64,000 nucleotides of DNA, taken from assembly GCF_006345805.1 (NCBI RefSeq), contig NC_042997.1, positions 183,086,001-183,150,000 on the forward strand. Direction: 5' to 3'. A program made the translations under genes and the position numbers. Every line of letters begins with the position of its first letter. Position 1 is the stretch's first letter. This DNA is from Octopus sinensis. Its lineage: Eukaryota. The notes under the pieces were generated by a model that did no database searches, was not told the origin of the DNA, and saw nothing but the letters and a program-made list of their open reading frames with translations. Below are positions 12,521 through 27,130 of the stretch, in pieces.

Positions 12521-13789
12521 TATGGCTGCCCCCTCGATACACACATACACATGTATACATACAAAATATATATATATAAGTATGACTATATGTATATAGC
12601 GCGTAGACGTGTGTATATGTATGAGAGGGAGATGGAGAGAGCGACATACTATTGTAAATTTCATGTATGTGTGTGTCTATGTGTGTGTATGTATTCTCAT
12701 TCTTTACTGGCTTCAGTTATTGAACTGCGGCCATGCTGTTGCTCGGCCTTCATTGGTTTAGACGATGATATTGAGCCCAATCTAGTAAATGAATTTATCG
12801 ATGTCTATTTGTCGAACCGCTACCTAACGGGACATAAACGTGAACGCAGACAAGAATGCCAACATGAAGATACAACAGACATACATACAATCAATACTCA
12901 GTTACAGGAACAAAATAGCACAATCCATAAAGGATGCTAGTTTTTTTTTTGAAGAGAAATAAAAAAGACAAAAAAACGCATGTGTACCGCATTCAGGCAT
13001 TAATTTATACTAAAAATTATACCTTAGATTCTCTTTCACCGTACAGTACTGTGTTAAATTATATTGTAGACATGCAGTGTTAACATGTCGATATAATTAT
13101 TTACTGATTCATATTGTAGAATAGATCCGCACAGTATGCTGCTCGCGGGCCGCAAGCGACTCCTTGTGATTTATCAGAAATGTTTGTTTATGTTATAACT
13201 AATAAATAGTAATTATTTTTTTCCTACAAAGTTGCAAACAATACGTACTAGTATTTCTATATATTCGGAAAATAGCAAATAATAATTATTTACTATAATT
13301 CTTTTTTTGAAACGATGCCAAGAAGAGTAAAACGTTCTCAAACACACTCATCTCCCACAATTTATTTGTATTTTCATTTGAATATCTAAAATACGGTTCG
13401 CAGTACTTTAAAGCAATATGGCCATCGCTCATTCCAAGATGGGCAGGCAGGATATTTAAGGTCATCTCTCATTATAGAACCAATTGAAATTCCCTCTCTA
13501 TCTCTCTCACATACACACACTCTCTCTTTCTCACGCCCACATCCATCTACATATATATGAGTGTGTATATATATATATGTATTACGTATATATTACATCT
13601 CTCTCTGTATACATAAATATATGTATACACACAATACATATATATATTATATACATGCATTGATATGCATGAATACATATAGTCGTACATACATACAAAC
13701 ATATACATATATATTTATATACATCACGTTATTTATTTTTCATCCATCATGACAAAATGTCATCCTAGAATACTACCCACCGCGCCCAC

Positions 13790-13815
13790 AGATATATATA
13801 TATATATATATATGC

Positions 13816-13868
<53 letters not shown>

Positions 13869-13890
13869 TGTGTGTATATATATATGCGTG

Positions 13891-13938
<48 letters not shown>

Positions 13939-13960
13939 GCATGTGTGTATATATATATGC

Positions 13961-14005
<45 letters not shown>

Positions 14006-14070
14006 CACACACACATATATATGTGTGTAGGTATATATATATATACACCTACACACAAACATATATAATG
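13790..14070. repeat. (TA)n array with duplicated GCATGTGTG/GCGTG interruptions
   Basis: Directly visible. Confidence 0.9.
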
Positions 14071-14147
14071 TATGTATGGAGATTCAAACAGGAACATCGA
14101 AGGCAAAACACGAGTATATATACTTTATTATTAATAATGAGCAGATC

Positions 14148-14232
14148 TACAGAGTGACTCAAGGACCGAGAGTTTCGTTCGTTGTTTTTCTAAGTGGCAA
14201 TACACGAAACTCTTGGCCCTTGAGTCACTGTA
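14148..14232. other. 85-bp hairpin (mini Tc1/mariner-type MITE or pre-miRNA-like stem-loop)
   Basis: Arms 14153-14178 and 14204-14229 pair at 24/26 positions, 25-nt loop; ends TA-CAG...CTG-TA. Confidence 0.6.
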
Positions 14233-15364
14233 ACTTTATAGCTTCCGTCGATTATACATACACACACACATAAAAATAAGTTCTCAGTGTTTATTTGCTT
14301 CTCGTTGTCCATCGAAAACTGACGATGACCAACTTCTTCACACGCACACACAGATATAGATTACAGATGGACAGGGAAAGATAAACACACGTGCGTCGCA
14401 GTATATCCCATCCCGAAACACAATATTTATCGTTGTTAAGTGCTCAAAGAAAGAATTCAAAATACAATAAACTGATTGGAGCTATGACCACGTTTGTGTG
14501 AATAAAATAAATCGGAATATAAATAATCTGGAATATATTATACAAAGTAGATATATATATATATATAAACATCGAATACATCGAGCCCGCGAAAAGTAAT
14601 GGCTATGTTGAACTACTTTTAGAGGCTACTTTTTTTTTGTCGATGATCTTTAAGTTTGTAGATTAAAAGTGAATGAATATGCACCCAAGCTGTTGTTTCC
14701 ATATTACTGATTTGTTGCATTGTTTATAATGTAGCGTAAGTGCATTAGTTCGAATTATTGGTAACTCTTTCGCCCAGAAGTTTTTACCGTATTTAGGACA
14801 GAAGAAAGCCCTTTTTTTCTTTTTACTTGTGGTTTCAATTGTTTATTCTACTTTTCCTTAGATTTGTAATCTAAAAGATAACGTTATATTCAAATGGTCA
14901 TTAACATTTTTTTCTCAGAATAAAAATACTTAATAGAAGTTTATAAAAAAAAAAAATATTTAGAGATAGTGTGAGAGAGAAAGAGGGAGGGAGAGAGAAA
15001 CAAAGTGAGAGAAAGACAAATAAAAAGAATTATCTCCCTTAAATTCGTTTTAAGTGTTACACACAGTGTAACATATTGAGTGTATAAGAAGTAATATATG
15101 CGGAATGAATTTTTCTTTTCTCAACTTTATCTTTTATCATTAAACAAAACCGCCAAGTAACAAAAAGTGCGAAGCTTTAATAATAAAATATTGCTAAAAT
15201 AAAAAAAAAAAAGATTAAAGGGGTTTTATCAATTAAATTTGTATCATATTTATTTCACGATATCTGTCTATATTCATAAATCTGGAAAAACGTTTACTTG
15301 AAGTTTTTCTTATTTTAATTTTTTTTTCAACTTTTACTTTCTTTACTTTTGATTACATCTATCG

Positions 15365-15399
15365 TATGTGTGTATATATATGTGTGTGTGTGTATACAC

Positions 15400-15439
<40 letters not shown>

Positions 15440-15470
15440 TAGATATATATGTATACGTGTATATATATAT

Positions 15471-15535
<65 letters not shown>

Positions 15536-15554
15536 CATACATATATATATATAG

Positions 15555-15609
<55 letters not shown>

Positions 15610-15618
15610 GTATGTATC

Positions 15619-15649
<31 letters not shown>

Positions 15650-15735
15650 CTATATATATATATATATGTATGTACATATATATATATATATATAATATAG
15701 ATACATACATATATATATATATATATATAGATACA

Positions 15736-15796
<61 letters not shown>

Positions 15797-15800
15797 CACA
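15365..15800. repeat. (TA)n/(TACA)n compound microsatellite
   Basis: Directly visible. Confidence 0.9.
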
Positions 15801-18134
15801 CGCACGTAAACATATTCGTGTCTGTATGTGTGTGTAATTTATATATAGTATGTGTATGTACGTCAAATACCCTTGACTCAGGCAAGTATCTTTTCAGCAC
15901 TGCGACCTCTATACTTCACTCGAAATATAGTCTTCCTCATTTATGATGTGAGAAAGAGAAGGAGAAAGGAAGGCTGGAAGAGAAGAGGGAGAGATAGAAA
16001 GATAGAAAGCGAGAACTTAACCGAACGGCTTCGCTCTAAATGATCTGTTTTCTCGTCGACATTAAGGAAATGTCTGGAGCTCACGTACGCCACATTTCTT
16101 TCTTTCTGTGAGGATGCTCGCGTTAAAATTCTCGAAAGAAACAAAGTTTTGTTGCTTTTCGGATAAAAAAGATATATGTTTTATTGGACATGAAAATATT
16201 TCTAAAAGCTGGTGAAATTTCTATTAAGTATATTTAAAAATAAACTCGTACACACAAATGCATTTGAGTATAACTCAATACTAACTGGAGTGGCGTTTAT
16301 AATTATTTTTATCAAATATCAATTATATCTCCGCTGTTTCGGATAAATTGTATTTGCTTGTTCAGATGAAATGAAACACAAAGCTGAAAGTTTATGCATT
16401 ATGTACTACGCACGATTAAATACTGGAATAAACAACTGGAGGTAGGGAAATATAGTTTTATTATTAAAATATTGAAGTCACTCTACAAAAAATACTTTCC
16501 TGCGCGCGCATACACCCACATCACTGCCATACACATGTCGCACTCCACACCCGCAGAAATCTATATTTAACACGTCGTATCCACATTTCGTATACAAACA
16601 CATACTTCCACTTGCGTGCAAACACACACTCATGGTTACACAGGCGTTTATGTGTATGATAGAGGAAGGCGAGAAAGAGAGGAACGCACTTAACAGCACA
16701 AAATTCTGCAAACACTATACTTCTATCAATAAAACTCATACATACCGCTTTCACTATCACCAACACTTATCATTATTTAGTTATTATTATTATCATTATT
16801 ATTATTAAAAAATACATACCGAAAAATCTACAAAGAAAAAAAGCATCAATCCAACGCTATGTGATATCAATAATATCCTTAAAAAAGAATTTTCCGATAT
16901 CTTCAAGTAATTAAGGTTTTAGTCTTTAAAAATATATATATAAAAATAAGTAGTAATACGGATTTAATACTTTTAAATGAAATTTTGAAATTCTTACATT
17001 TTTAATATTTGGGCCTAAAAAGTTAGGATTTATATATAAGACGTAAAATTTCCATAACTTTTAAGGGCTTTAACAAACATTTTTTTTTACAAGGCTCAGA
17101 ATATTTTACACATCAAGGAAGAGTAAGAACCAAATTGCTACCAAAATTTTATTATGAAGACAGTTTTTTTTTCATGTAAAAACAAACACTAAAACAAAAA
17201 AAAAAACTACAGTGAATAGAATATGAACAAGATGGCTGTCCACTTTGCTTGTCGTTAACATACAATCGCTAGTCCTTATAAAGCCGTATATATATATGCA
17301 TATACACATAGACACACATATACATATATTGTATGTCATCAAAGATGAATATGCACTTGGATAGTTACATATACGTACTTTCCCCACACATGATGTATAT
17401 GTACACATGTGCACACATGCCCATACACATACACATGAATATCATTATGTAAAAAAAAAATTACGACTGCGTTAAAAATCAAGGGGGCGAGCATTATATA
17501 TTTGTATATATATGCATATACATATGTATACATGCATGTGTGTATGTGTATGCAAATGTGCGTGTGTGCGCTTAAATTCCATAAAGCTATCGATTCTTAT
17601 TTTCACTCAATAAAGAAAATTTTAAAGCTTTAATTCACGTGTGTAAAAGGTATATTTATGCAAACCAAATACTTGTATTTGTAAAAACTTCTTAAATATA
17701 TAATGAAATATATGTGTGTGTATGTATGTATGTATCTATGTATATATATTACGTACATCCAAGCGATGCTTACTGTAAAAGATATTAACAATATGAAAAT
17801 TTAATACTGAAATTATATTATTCATTATGATATTATAAAAAAACAACCCTCTTCTTTATCTATTAAAATTATTATTTCTAAAAATTTCTTATTTGCTGTC
17901 AGAAATACCCCAAATCTGAATTTTGGGACCCCCCATGTTAGTTACAATATAAAACCAATATTGTTTCATATAAAATGAGTATCAGGAGAATGATGCCTCA
18001 ATATAATCTATGCCTTGTGGAAGGCTCGAAAAGTCAGTCTACATAGATGGGTGAGTCTACGTCATAACTAGTTCTAAAAAGCTTCGGTGCATTGTGGGAA
18101 GATTCAATGAAGCGTGAAAGGCAGCTACATTTTG

Positions 18135-18354
18135 CTATGATTGGTCAAAATGGTGATATTATTTGCATATCACTATTGTGGGCATGCGCACGAGTGGAAA
18201 CCTGTCCCGTAACACTCGGGGGAAGGATCAGGGACCGCTACAAACGCTGGAAACAGTGCTACATTCGAAAATGATAGAGAATTAATTATATTTTTTTTTT
18301 AACCAAAAGCAAAACAAAACATTCAAATCATTCTCCAGATTTCATACCGTAAGT
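18135..18354 (+). promoter_or_regulatory. candidate Pol II promoter and first exon
   Basis: ATTGG (18140-18144), octamer ATTTGCAT (18161-18168), NRF1-like GGGCATGCGCAC (about 18180-18191), donor CC|GTAAGT at 18349; CpG depletion starts about 2.5 kb downstream. Confidence 0.3.
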
Positions 18355-18690
18355 ATCTCTAAGTATCTAAAGAATACTTATTGGACTTATCGACATTTTT
18401 TTCTTATATGCATGGTCGTTTCGAGGAAGATATAATTAACAAAAGCTAACTACAGAAACTGCGATTATTGGAGCAGCAGCAACAGCAACAATAACAACTG
18501 TACGCTTATATACCACATGCAATATCTTCACTACCTTCTCCTCTCCTCCACCATATAACCAGCAGTATCGTTACAGTATATCCATTATATCACTCCTCAG
18601 TTGTGCATTACTTTTTTTTTTTTACACATCCTAGTAGATTTGTACCTGCGCGCGCATGTCTGTAAATGTCTGTTGCAAGTATTGTGTGTA

Positions 18691-18744
<54 letters not shown>

Positions 18745-18924
18745 GTAGTTAACATACATAGGTCATAATACTAGGATTGAGTAAATTCATGTACAGGATG
18801 TAGTTAAGACATAATAACCCAACCAGTTACATTTTCATAACATTAATTAGATCAATGTGAAAGTAGTATGTATGGTACTCACTGAATCAACATAATGTAC
18901 AATATTATATACATATGAAATGCC

Positions 18925-18955
<31 letters not shown>

Positions 18956-20793
18956 TATACGGTAGAAATATTTTAGATTCCATTTTGTCGCTATCCATAC
19001 TTCAAGTTCGCGAAAATCGCCTGTATTTTTTGAAACGAATAAGAAATTAATATTTTAAAAGTAAACGATCCATGTTTACTAGTCATAAGAGGTTGATATG
19101 ATGTTTGTATTGATACTGTCCCCAGTTCATTATGATCACGTGATATGTTGGAGGAGCCAACAATTAAAATAGGAACATGGAGAGGAGGACCTGCCCCTGT
19201 TTTGTCTAATTAAATTTTTTTTTATGTTTTATTTTTTTTAGAATTTACTAGATCTGAAGCAAAATGAGTAAAAATTTAGTAAAATTATTTTTAGTATACA
19301 TTTCGTAGTTATTGTGATAAAAAAAAATCTAGCGTGTATTTTTTGTTTGTTTAAAAGAACTCGTAAAAGTTTATGTATGAAATGTCAAGATAATTTTTAA
19401 TTAATGTTTCTAATTTAACTGATTTTACGAAAATTAACAGACTTAAAATAATCATGTAAGGAACTCACATCAACATTCTCTTTGTTGCTGAATATGTTTC
19501 ATGTTCACACAAACACATTAGTAGTAAAGCTACGTCAGTGGTTCGGAGGCCTAAATTTTCGTGTATGGCACATATAAACGACTCCATTATTCACTATATA
19601 TATATATACACTTATAATACTCATTAATTTTCTGTTTGATAGCAATTTTATTTTTTGTTTTTATAAGAATGGTGCTTGCAGTACTTTGTCCTATTAATAG
19701 GAATTCGTCGATTAAAAAATGTACTTTAAAAACATTTAGTAGGTTTACCACTGTCTTGAAAAGTAACTAGTATAAACTACGGTTTTGGTTTGACTGCTCA
19801 ACGTGATACCAACTATAAACTAACTTTTGTCAACTAAATGCACTGAAAGAATATATAAAATCCTATTTCTAAAAATAGCAAGAGTTAATGAAAAAAAAAA
19901 ATTCTTAGAGTTCAACAGGTTCTTTATTGATATCTGTTGTTATTGCATTTCAGTATGCGTGTTATACTGTACTCTCTTTGTTTTTTACTCCATCTCAAAA
20001 CGATTCCGCGTTATTGAATTACGATTAAAAGTATTCGTGCTCATCATAATATAATAATTTAAAAGTATAATTATTTGAGGTTTAGAAGCCAAAATATCGT
20101 TCTAGTTTATCAGCTGTAAAAAAAAGAAACACCTCCAACCCATAATTAAGAAAAATGTAAAAATGAGTAAATAGATTATTCAGTTTTTTATTGAAAAGAA
20201 AGTGTTTCAGTAAATTGGAAACAAAGTACTTTGCAGACAAATACTTCTTATATGTGTTAGAATAGCCTTACTTATATTAATTTAATAGCAAAGTTATTTT
20301 GTCTAAATAAAAGAAATGATTATGTTGTTATATTGTACTCGATAAGACACCGAACTGGGCACGTATTTTCAGTATGCTCTTCCTAAAGCCAACTGTTCGG
20401 ATAAAAGCAGATTGTCAATATGACTCATATATCTATTCTATTTTATATGATAGAAAACTTTTTACCGCGATATTTCGAGAAAGCTCAAGGTAGCCAGTCG
20501 CAAACATTCAGAAATGTACCGACACTATATATTACAATACAAATTAATAATATGCATATTTCTTTGTAACCATTTTCATAGCGCGATGGATGGAAGAATA
20601 TAGTGCCTGACAAAATGCCTTGTGTTGTTTGATTACATTTCTTTACGTTCTTAGTTCAAATCCCGCCTACGTTGACTTCGTTTTTCATCATTTCGAGGTC
20701 GATGAAATTAGAAGCAAGTACTATAGCTAATATCAGCTATATGCTTGAAGGTTCTGCCCTAGCGCATGTATATGTATGTCTTATGTGTGTGAG

Positions 20794-20828
<35 letters not shown>

Positions 20829-22038
20829 GCACCCACACACATTTCTCTTTGTTAATGAAACTACTTTATTAATATATGAACGTTAATGTTTGCAGTGCTG
20901 CTCGATAGGTCTAAGTAGAACTTATTAATTTATAATATCAAATCATTTACATCTGTATCTACTTATTAGACTTGTTGTAGTAGTGCCGCTTGTTTTGTTG
21001 TTTTACGAAAAATACGTATCACTATAAATTCGATATGTATAATAAGATTTCTCTCACCCTCTACTGATGATTGTGTATGTAACACATGAAACTTTGAAAT
21101 CTGAACGTCTGGGACGGATTTGTTTTAATATCTACATAGAGAGTGTATTGTTTCTAGCATAGTTAGATATTGACTTCACATGCATTAATATATTACATTT
21201 CAATAAGTCAAGAACTGCCAAGAAGTTAATATTTGTATATCATGTATTGGTTTGCATATGCATGTGTGTGTGAGAGAGAAAGTGAAATGGTTGAGTGGGG
21301 GTATGCAGCTTTTAAACTAGCAGCACTTGCAAGCGTGTGTTTATATTTCTTGGAAGATGTTTGTTTAGGTGTCTGGTCTATTCAGGCATGGGAAAGTTAA
21401 TAGATTTTGTTTATTGCGTTTTTACTAGTTTTTATTCTTCCATGCTATGTATGACTCTATCTTAACAAAATTGTTGCTTATATCATCACCAGTGAATGTC
21501 TAACTGGTCATTTGAACTGCTAGGGATAGCAGACATATCTCCCTTGTCTTATTTTTTTAAAAAACCACAAAAGAAAAAAAAGAAGGGACAATTCTAAGGC
21601 TAATTGACAAAATTGCCTTGTTATATGTGTATTTCCCCATGGCTAACATAATAATGATTTCTTACATTTTCAGAATATGGAAATTTATAGGGAGTATGTG
21701 ATAGTCATTTGAATTAACACTGAGAACATGAACTCAACTTATATCTATTTAAAGGCAAATTTGCCCAAGGTTTCAATTCAGAATTTACAAGAATAAAACT
21801 AAATACTATAAGACACTGATTACTTAAATTGAAAATCAGGGATAATTGCTCAACAATATCATCCACATAACGATATCATCTATATGAAGTTAGTGTTGAA
21901 ATGTTTAATGCAATGTGCATCAACAATCATCAGCATAATATCCATTTTTTCATGTTTGCATGGGCTGAATTGCCCTTCCCATCACCAACATGCACCTATT
22001 TCCAAGCAAAGTAATATTTTCCTGTGGTCAGATATATT

Positions 22039-22430
22039 CATCATCATCGTTTAACGTCCGTTTTCCATGCTAGCATGGGTTGGATGGTTTGACCAGGGTC
22101 TGGGAAGCCAGGAGGCTGCACCAGGCTCCAGTCTTATCTGGCAGTATTTCTACAGCTGGATGCCCTTCCTAACGCCAACCACTCCGTGAGTGTAGTAGGT
22201 GCCTTTTACGTGCCACCAGCACAGGTGCCAGGGAGGCTGGCAGCGGCCATGATCGGTTGGTGCTTTTTACGTGCCACCGGCACAGAAACCAGTGAAGGCG
22301 GCGCTGGCATCAGCCACGTTCGGATGGTGCTTTTTATGTGCCACTGACATAGGTATCACAACTACAATTTCCATTTGATTTTTATTTTGATGTTGGTGTA
22401 CTTGACTCAATAGGTCTCCTCAAGCACTGC
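22039..22430 (-). mobile_element. RTE LINE 3' UTR fragment
   Basis: (CAT)n-CGTTTAACGTCCGTTTTCCATGCTAGCATGGG...GGATGCCCTTCCTAACGCCAACCAC, homologous to the 3' end of the RTE at 50208-54190. Confidence 0.85.
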
Positions 22431-23241
22431 ATTCTTGTAGAATATTGAAAATGAATGACACTGCTTGTGTGACTTGTTATATATGTGTGTGTGTGTGTGT
22501 ATACACGCATATACATGACTGGCTTCTTTCAGTTTTCGCCTCCCAAATTCTCTCACAAGGTTTCGATCAGCCCAGATCCATGCAGTGGACTGAACCCAGA
22601 ATCTAATTACAAATATGTAGTGCTAAAAAAAAAAAAATTAGCAATAACTAGTATTATTTTAATCATTTCAGTAAATAGAATGAATGATTCAAGGTATGTT
22701 TTGGTCTTGTCAGACTTCTTCAGCAAAGCATAGATCTCAACACATTTTGTTGAAATAAGGATGAAAGAACAACTAATGTAGATATTGGTCATAGGTATGT
22801 GAAAACTTATATTTTCATAATATAAAAATAAATTACTGCATTTAATTATTCTGAAACATCATTCTCATGAAAAATATAATGAAAATATAACACTGTCCAG
22901 TGACTTACATTTCTGATGATCCACAACCCAGATCTCTCTATAATTTTTTGGACTGAGTTCAGTGCCTACTTTCTAGGATATGTATCCTGTTGGAACATAC
23001 TCTACCAACATGGAGGCATATTGGGTCAACTTGACATCCACATTTTATCCAAGCACCTGAAAGACTCAACACTCAGAAAAATACAGGAGCATGTCCTTAT
23101 AAATGAAACATCCCCAGTACTGAATAGGAAATATACGTAGAAGGTAGTCATACCCCAATACCCATAGTTTATATATACACAGGTAAAGTTGTTAGTAGGC
23201 TGTTACGTAGACGTGTATATATATATATATGGTCTTTCAAA

Positions 23242-23450
23242 ATGTGACCTCATGTGTACCGTTGGCGATTTTTTTTTTTTTTCCCCTCTGTCATCCCTGC
23301 TCTGGATCTTTCCTTCTCCTATGTTTCCGACAAAGGGCTCCGCTCGAAATGTTAAACCCTCCTTCTTTCCTGAGCGTCCAATAATACTATATTTGTTCCA
23401 CGTCCTCGCATTGTTGTGTTTTTTTGTGCTTTCTTGTTTGGATTAACTTT
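23242..23450 (+). mobile_element. second copy of the short hammerhead element, ribozyme decayed
   Basis: GTTTCCGACAAAGGGCTCCGCTCGAAATGTTAAAC (23323-23357): G8A, P3 ACGT to ATGT, C17T relative to the 9221 copy. Confidence 0.7.
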
Positions 23451-23459
23451 ATATATATA

Positions 23460-24341
23460 TCATCATCATCATCATCGTTTAGCGTCCGTTTTCCATGCTA
23501 GCATGGGTTGGATGGTTCTACTGGGGTCTGTGAAGCCAGAAGGCTTCATCAGGCCCAGTCAAATCTGGCAGTGTTTCTACGGCTGGATGCCCTTCCTAAC
23601 GCCAACCACTCCGTGAGTGTAGTGGGTGCTTTTTACGTGCCACCCGCACAGGTGCCAGACAGAGCTGGCAAACGGCCACGAACGGATGGTGCTTTTTATG
23701 TGCCACCGGCATGGGGGCCAGGCGAGGCTGGCAACGGACTTGAACGGATGGTGCTTTTTACGTGCCACCGGCATGAGGCCAGTCGGGGAGGCGCTGGCAA
23801 CGGTCGCGAAACGGAAGGTTCTCTTACATGCCACCGGCACTGGTAACACATCTGCAATTTCCATTGATCGATTTCAATTCTGATCCTCACTTGCCTCAAC
23901 AAGTCTTCACAAGTAGAGTTTTGTGTCCCAAGAAGGTATGCATACGTAGGCTGGCTCCATCCCATGTAGAAGGCCATGGGTTATGGACTCACTTGTCCTG
24001 CCGGGTCTTCTCGCGCACAGCACACTTCCAGAGGTCTCGGTCTCTAGTCATTTCCTCAGTGAGACCTAAAGTTCAAAGGTCGTGCTTCACCACCTCGTCC
24101 CAGGTTTTCCTGGGTCTGCCTCTTCCGCAGGTTCCCTCAATCGCTAGGGTGTGGCACTTTTTCACACAACTATCTTCATCCATTCTCGCCACATGACCAT
24201 ACCAGTGCAAACGTCTCTCTTGCACACCACAACTGATGCTTCTTAGGTCCAGCTTTTCTCTCAAGGTACTTACACTCTGCCGAGTATGAGTACTGACATT
24301 ACACATCCATCGGAGCATACTGGCTTCATTTCTTGCGAGCT

Positions 24342-24342
<1 letters not shown>
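23460..24342 (-). mobile_element. 5'-truncated RTE LINE
   Basis: Minus-strand ORF end LARNEASMLRWMCN...ERRLHWYGHVARMDEDSCVKKC...GRGRPRKTW plus 3' UTR and (GAT)n tail. Confidence 0.92.
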
Positions 24343-24374
<32 letters not shown>

Positions 24375-24789
24375 TATATATAGGTAAATGGATATGTAAG
24401 TAAACTGATAGATAAGCAGATAGGTTAAATGGACAGTCAAACACATACACATGCACATTTAATCAATGATGATGAATTTAATGTACACAGTAGAAAGATA
24501 TGAGCTATTGATAGTGTCTTACATTTGAAATGTGGGTCCAGGCAGGTTTTTATAACATGCTTTGTGTCTCCAAGTAATCCTCATACTCTGAGCACATGGA
24601 ATAATTCAATGGAGAGGGTGGTGTTCTACAGTTCACCAAAAGAAATTTGTCCATATGCTTGCATTTGCATAATGTCTTTTGAAATCAGCTTCACCTAATC
24701 CAATGTAATTTTTCTTTTTTGGTTAGGTTATCCTGAAGTGTTATGACTTCTCCCTCATACAACAGAATTAATCATACATGATTGGTTAA

Positions 24790-25080
24790 GTGGGTTAGCT
24801 TCAGGTCTTCGACTGTTATAATTGGGAATGGGCTCTTGGTATATCGACAAAAGTAAAGCCATTAAGTTGGCTAGTCGTATATGGGGTTTGAAGGTGAACC
24901 GCACATACAATCAAGTGGAAAATCATAGGGAAATCCATACCATATGTTAATAGATCTAAGAAATGCAGATTTTGCATAGCTGAAAGATTGCATACTTTTT
25001 TCAGATTTAAGAATTCCATTATACTACTGAGTCTGAAATAACAACTAGCTTTTTGCCTTTGTATTTTCTTGTGATTTCTC
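24790..25080 (+). pseudogene. Penelope GIY-YIG endonuclease C-terminal fragment, decayed
   Basis: KLASRIWGLK / IKWKIIGKSIPYVNRSKKCRFCIAERLH, with a frameshift. Confidence 0.7.
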
Positions 25081-25298
25081 TTGTATCTGAACTCTGTTTT
25101 GTAAATTGAATAGACCATGTGCTCAGATTGCTTTTAAGACCCAAGGTGTGTCATAAAAACCTGCCTAGACCTGTGTCTTCAATGTAAGAAGCTATTAGTA
25201 GTGCAGGTTTTTATACTGTGTACATTAAATGATATTTATCTCACTTGGTGGAGTTCTTTTTTGGTTGATCTTACCTTGAAAGGGTTAATGGAACAGTA

Positions 25299-25950
25299 CA
25301 AGGGGGTACCCAAAAGAAACCAGAATTTTGCAATTTTATTTTATTTTCAGTTAGTTGTACATGTTTACACTTTAATCACCTTCAAAGTATTTTTCATTTG
25401 AAGCAATGCATTGATCCAGACGTGTTTTCTACTGTTGGAAGCAGTGCTGGTACTCTTGCAAAGTGATGCCATTTAACACCCCTCTCATTGTTTTTCTTCA
25501 CCTCTTCCATATCTACAAATTCCGTAGCACCAGTTTTCATCACCAGTGATGACTTTCGAGAAAAAGGTCCAGATCAACTTCCAACTCTTCTTTCAGTCGT
25601 GACTGCTTTTGATCTTCCGTGAGCAACCGAGGCACAAATTTTGCAACCCTTTTCATTCACAATTCCTTGCTCAAAATTTGTTGCAGGAGCTCCAGGACAC
25701 ACCAGTCATATCAACAATTTCATCAATTGTTTAGTGACGGTCTTCCAAGATCAGTTCATGAATTTTTATGATGTCTCCGTTCAGGAGGTTGACAGTCACC
25801 CTGAACAGGGTTTGTCCTCAAGTGACTGTTCCTAAAGTGTGAAAACCACTCATAACCCTGTTTTGCTCATGGCAGTGTCCTTGTAAGCTGTTTGAAGCAT
25901 GACAACTGTTTCAACCACCATTTCCCCCATATTTTCCCATGCTTAATGGA
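25299..25950 (-). mobile_element. internally deleted mariner relic (same family as 60420-61730)
   Basis: TA|CAAGGGGGTACCCAAAAGAAACCAGAA TIR; reverse complement is homologous to the 60.6-61.7 kb transposase (MLQTAYKD.AMSK..VYEWF). Confidence 0.85.
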
Positions 25951-26344
25951 AGATTGGAAATGAAGGGCACCACTTCTGATGCTCACTTACTATCACATGA
26001 TGGTCAAGACAAGGAGACACAAACAGATGCACACACACACGTACATAATATAATAGGTTCTTTTCATTTTGTGTCTACCAAATCCACTCAATGGTTTGTT
26101 GGCCTGAAGCTATAGTGAAAGATACTGTGTGGCACAGTGGGACTGAACCCCAGTGTGGAAAATGGATGTGAAATGATGACGACGTTGATGACCACATGCA
26201 CTACCTTAGGAAAACAAATATACCATACAATATAACTTGGTCCATGATTGACTCAGGTCCTCCATACCAGGGCCAAAATGCTCTGTTGGTTATGTTTGAA
26301 AGAAACAATGCAAATATTATCACGTAACCCTACACAATTATTAA

Positions 26345-26553
26345 CTCTTTAATATTCAGATTATTCTGTCAAATATAATGCTTATTTATTCACATTGTAT
26401 TGATTTAATCTGCATAATCTCATAGCTTTGAGATTTTCATGTTGTGATTATTTATTTTTAGAATGACATTATGGAGTATGTGTGAGAAACCAGATCTGGC
26501 TGGTTTGAACATAAAACAGATAGAATATTTTGGCCAGTTTGAATATTAAAGGG
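26345..26553. mobile_element. piggyBac-type MITE, decayed
   Basis: TTAA at 26341-26344 and 26554-26557; TIR CTCTTTAATATTCA / TGAATATTAAAGGG; inverted homolog of 27662-27882. Confidence 0.75.
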
Positions 26554-26809
26554 TTAAACAAACAAACATGAAGCATTCTTCGCTTGTGTTTATAAATTAA
26601 GTTCTTTTGATTTCACCACATCTAAATGCAGTAAGCCGAGTCCTATAATCCCTTAAACATTAATTTCACTTAAACATAGTTGAGATATGGTATAAGCTTA
26701 TTTAATTAAATTAATTTATTTACCTTATTTTACTCTTCTGTCTAACCTGTCGTGCAACACTGTATTCCTACCGCGCCCGCTTATATTTTCACTCTTCACC
26801 TAGCTCCTT

Positions 26810-27130
26810 CATCATCATCTTCCACCTGTTGGATGGTTTGATAGGAGCTTCCTTGCTAGCTCCTGTCAAACCTCCTCTCTCTTTTGGTATGTTTTTTTAT
26901 GGCTGGATGCACTTCCTAATGCCAACCACTTTACAGAGTGAACTGAGTGCTTTTACGTGGCATGGGCGAGGTCTGTTTTGTCATAGTTTTTATGGCTGGA
27001 TGTCCTTCTTAATGCCGACCACTTTACAGAGAGGATTGGGTAGTTTGCCCTTCCAAATACCAACCACTCTCCAGAGTGGCCTGGATGCTTTTTATGTGGC
27101 ATCTGCAGTGGCAAGGTAACTAAGTAACTT
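26810..27130 (-). mobile_element. decayed RTE-like 3' UTR
   Basis: Repeated TTTTATGGCTGGATG..CTTCCTAATGCCAACCACTTTACAGAG after (CAT)n. Confidence 0.6.

Noticed and set aside
22670-23140. RYVLVLSDFFSK resembling an LTR integrase motif, and nearby GTATGT donors
   Set aside because: Followed immediately by stops; no convincing downstream D,D35E motifs.
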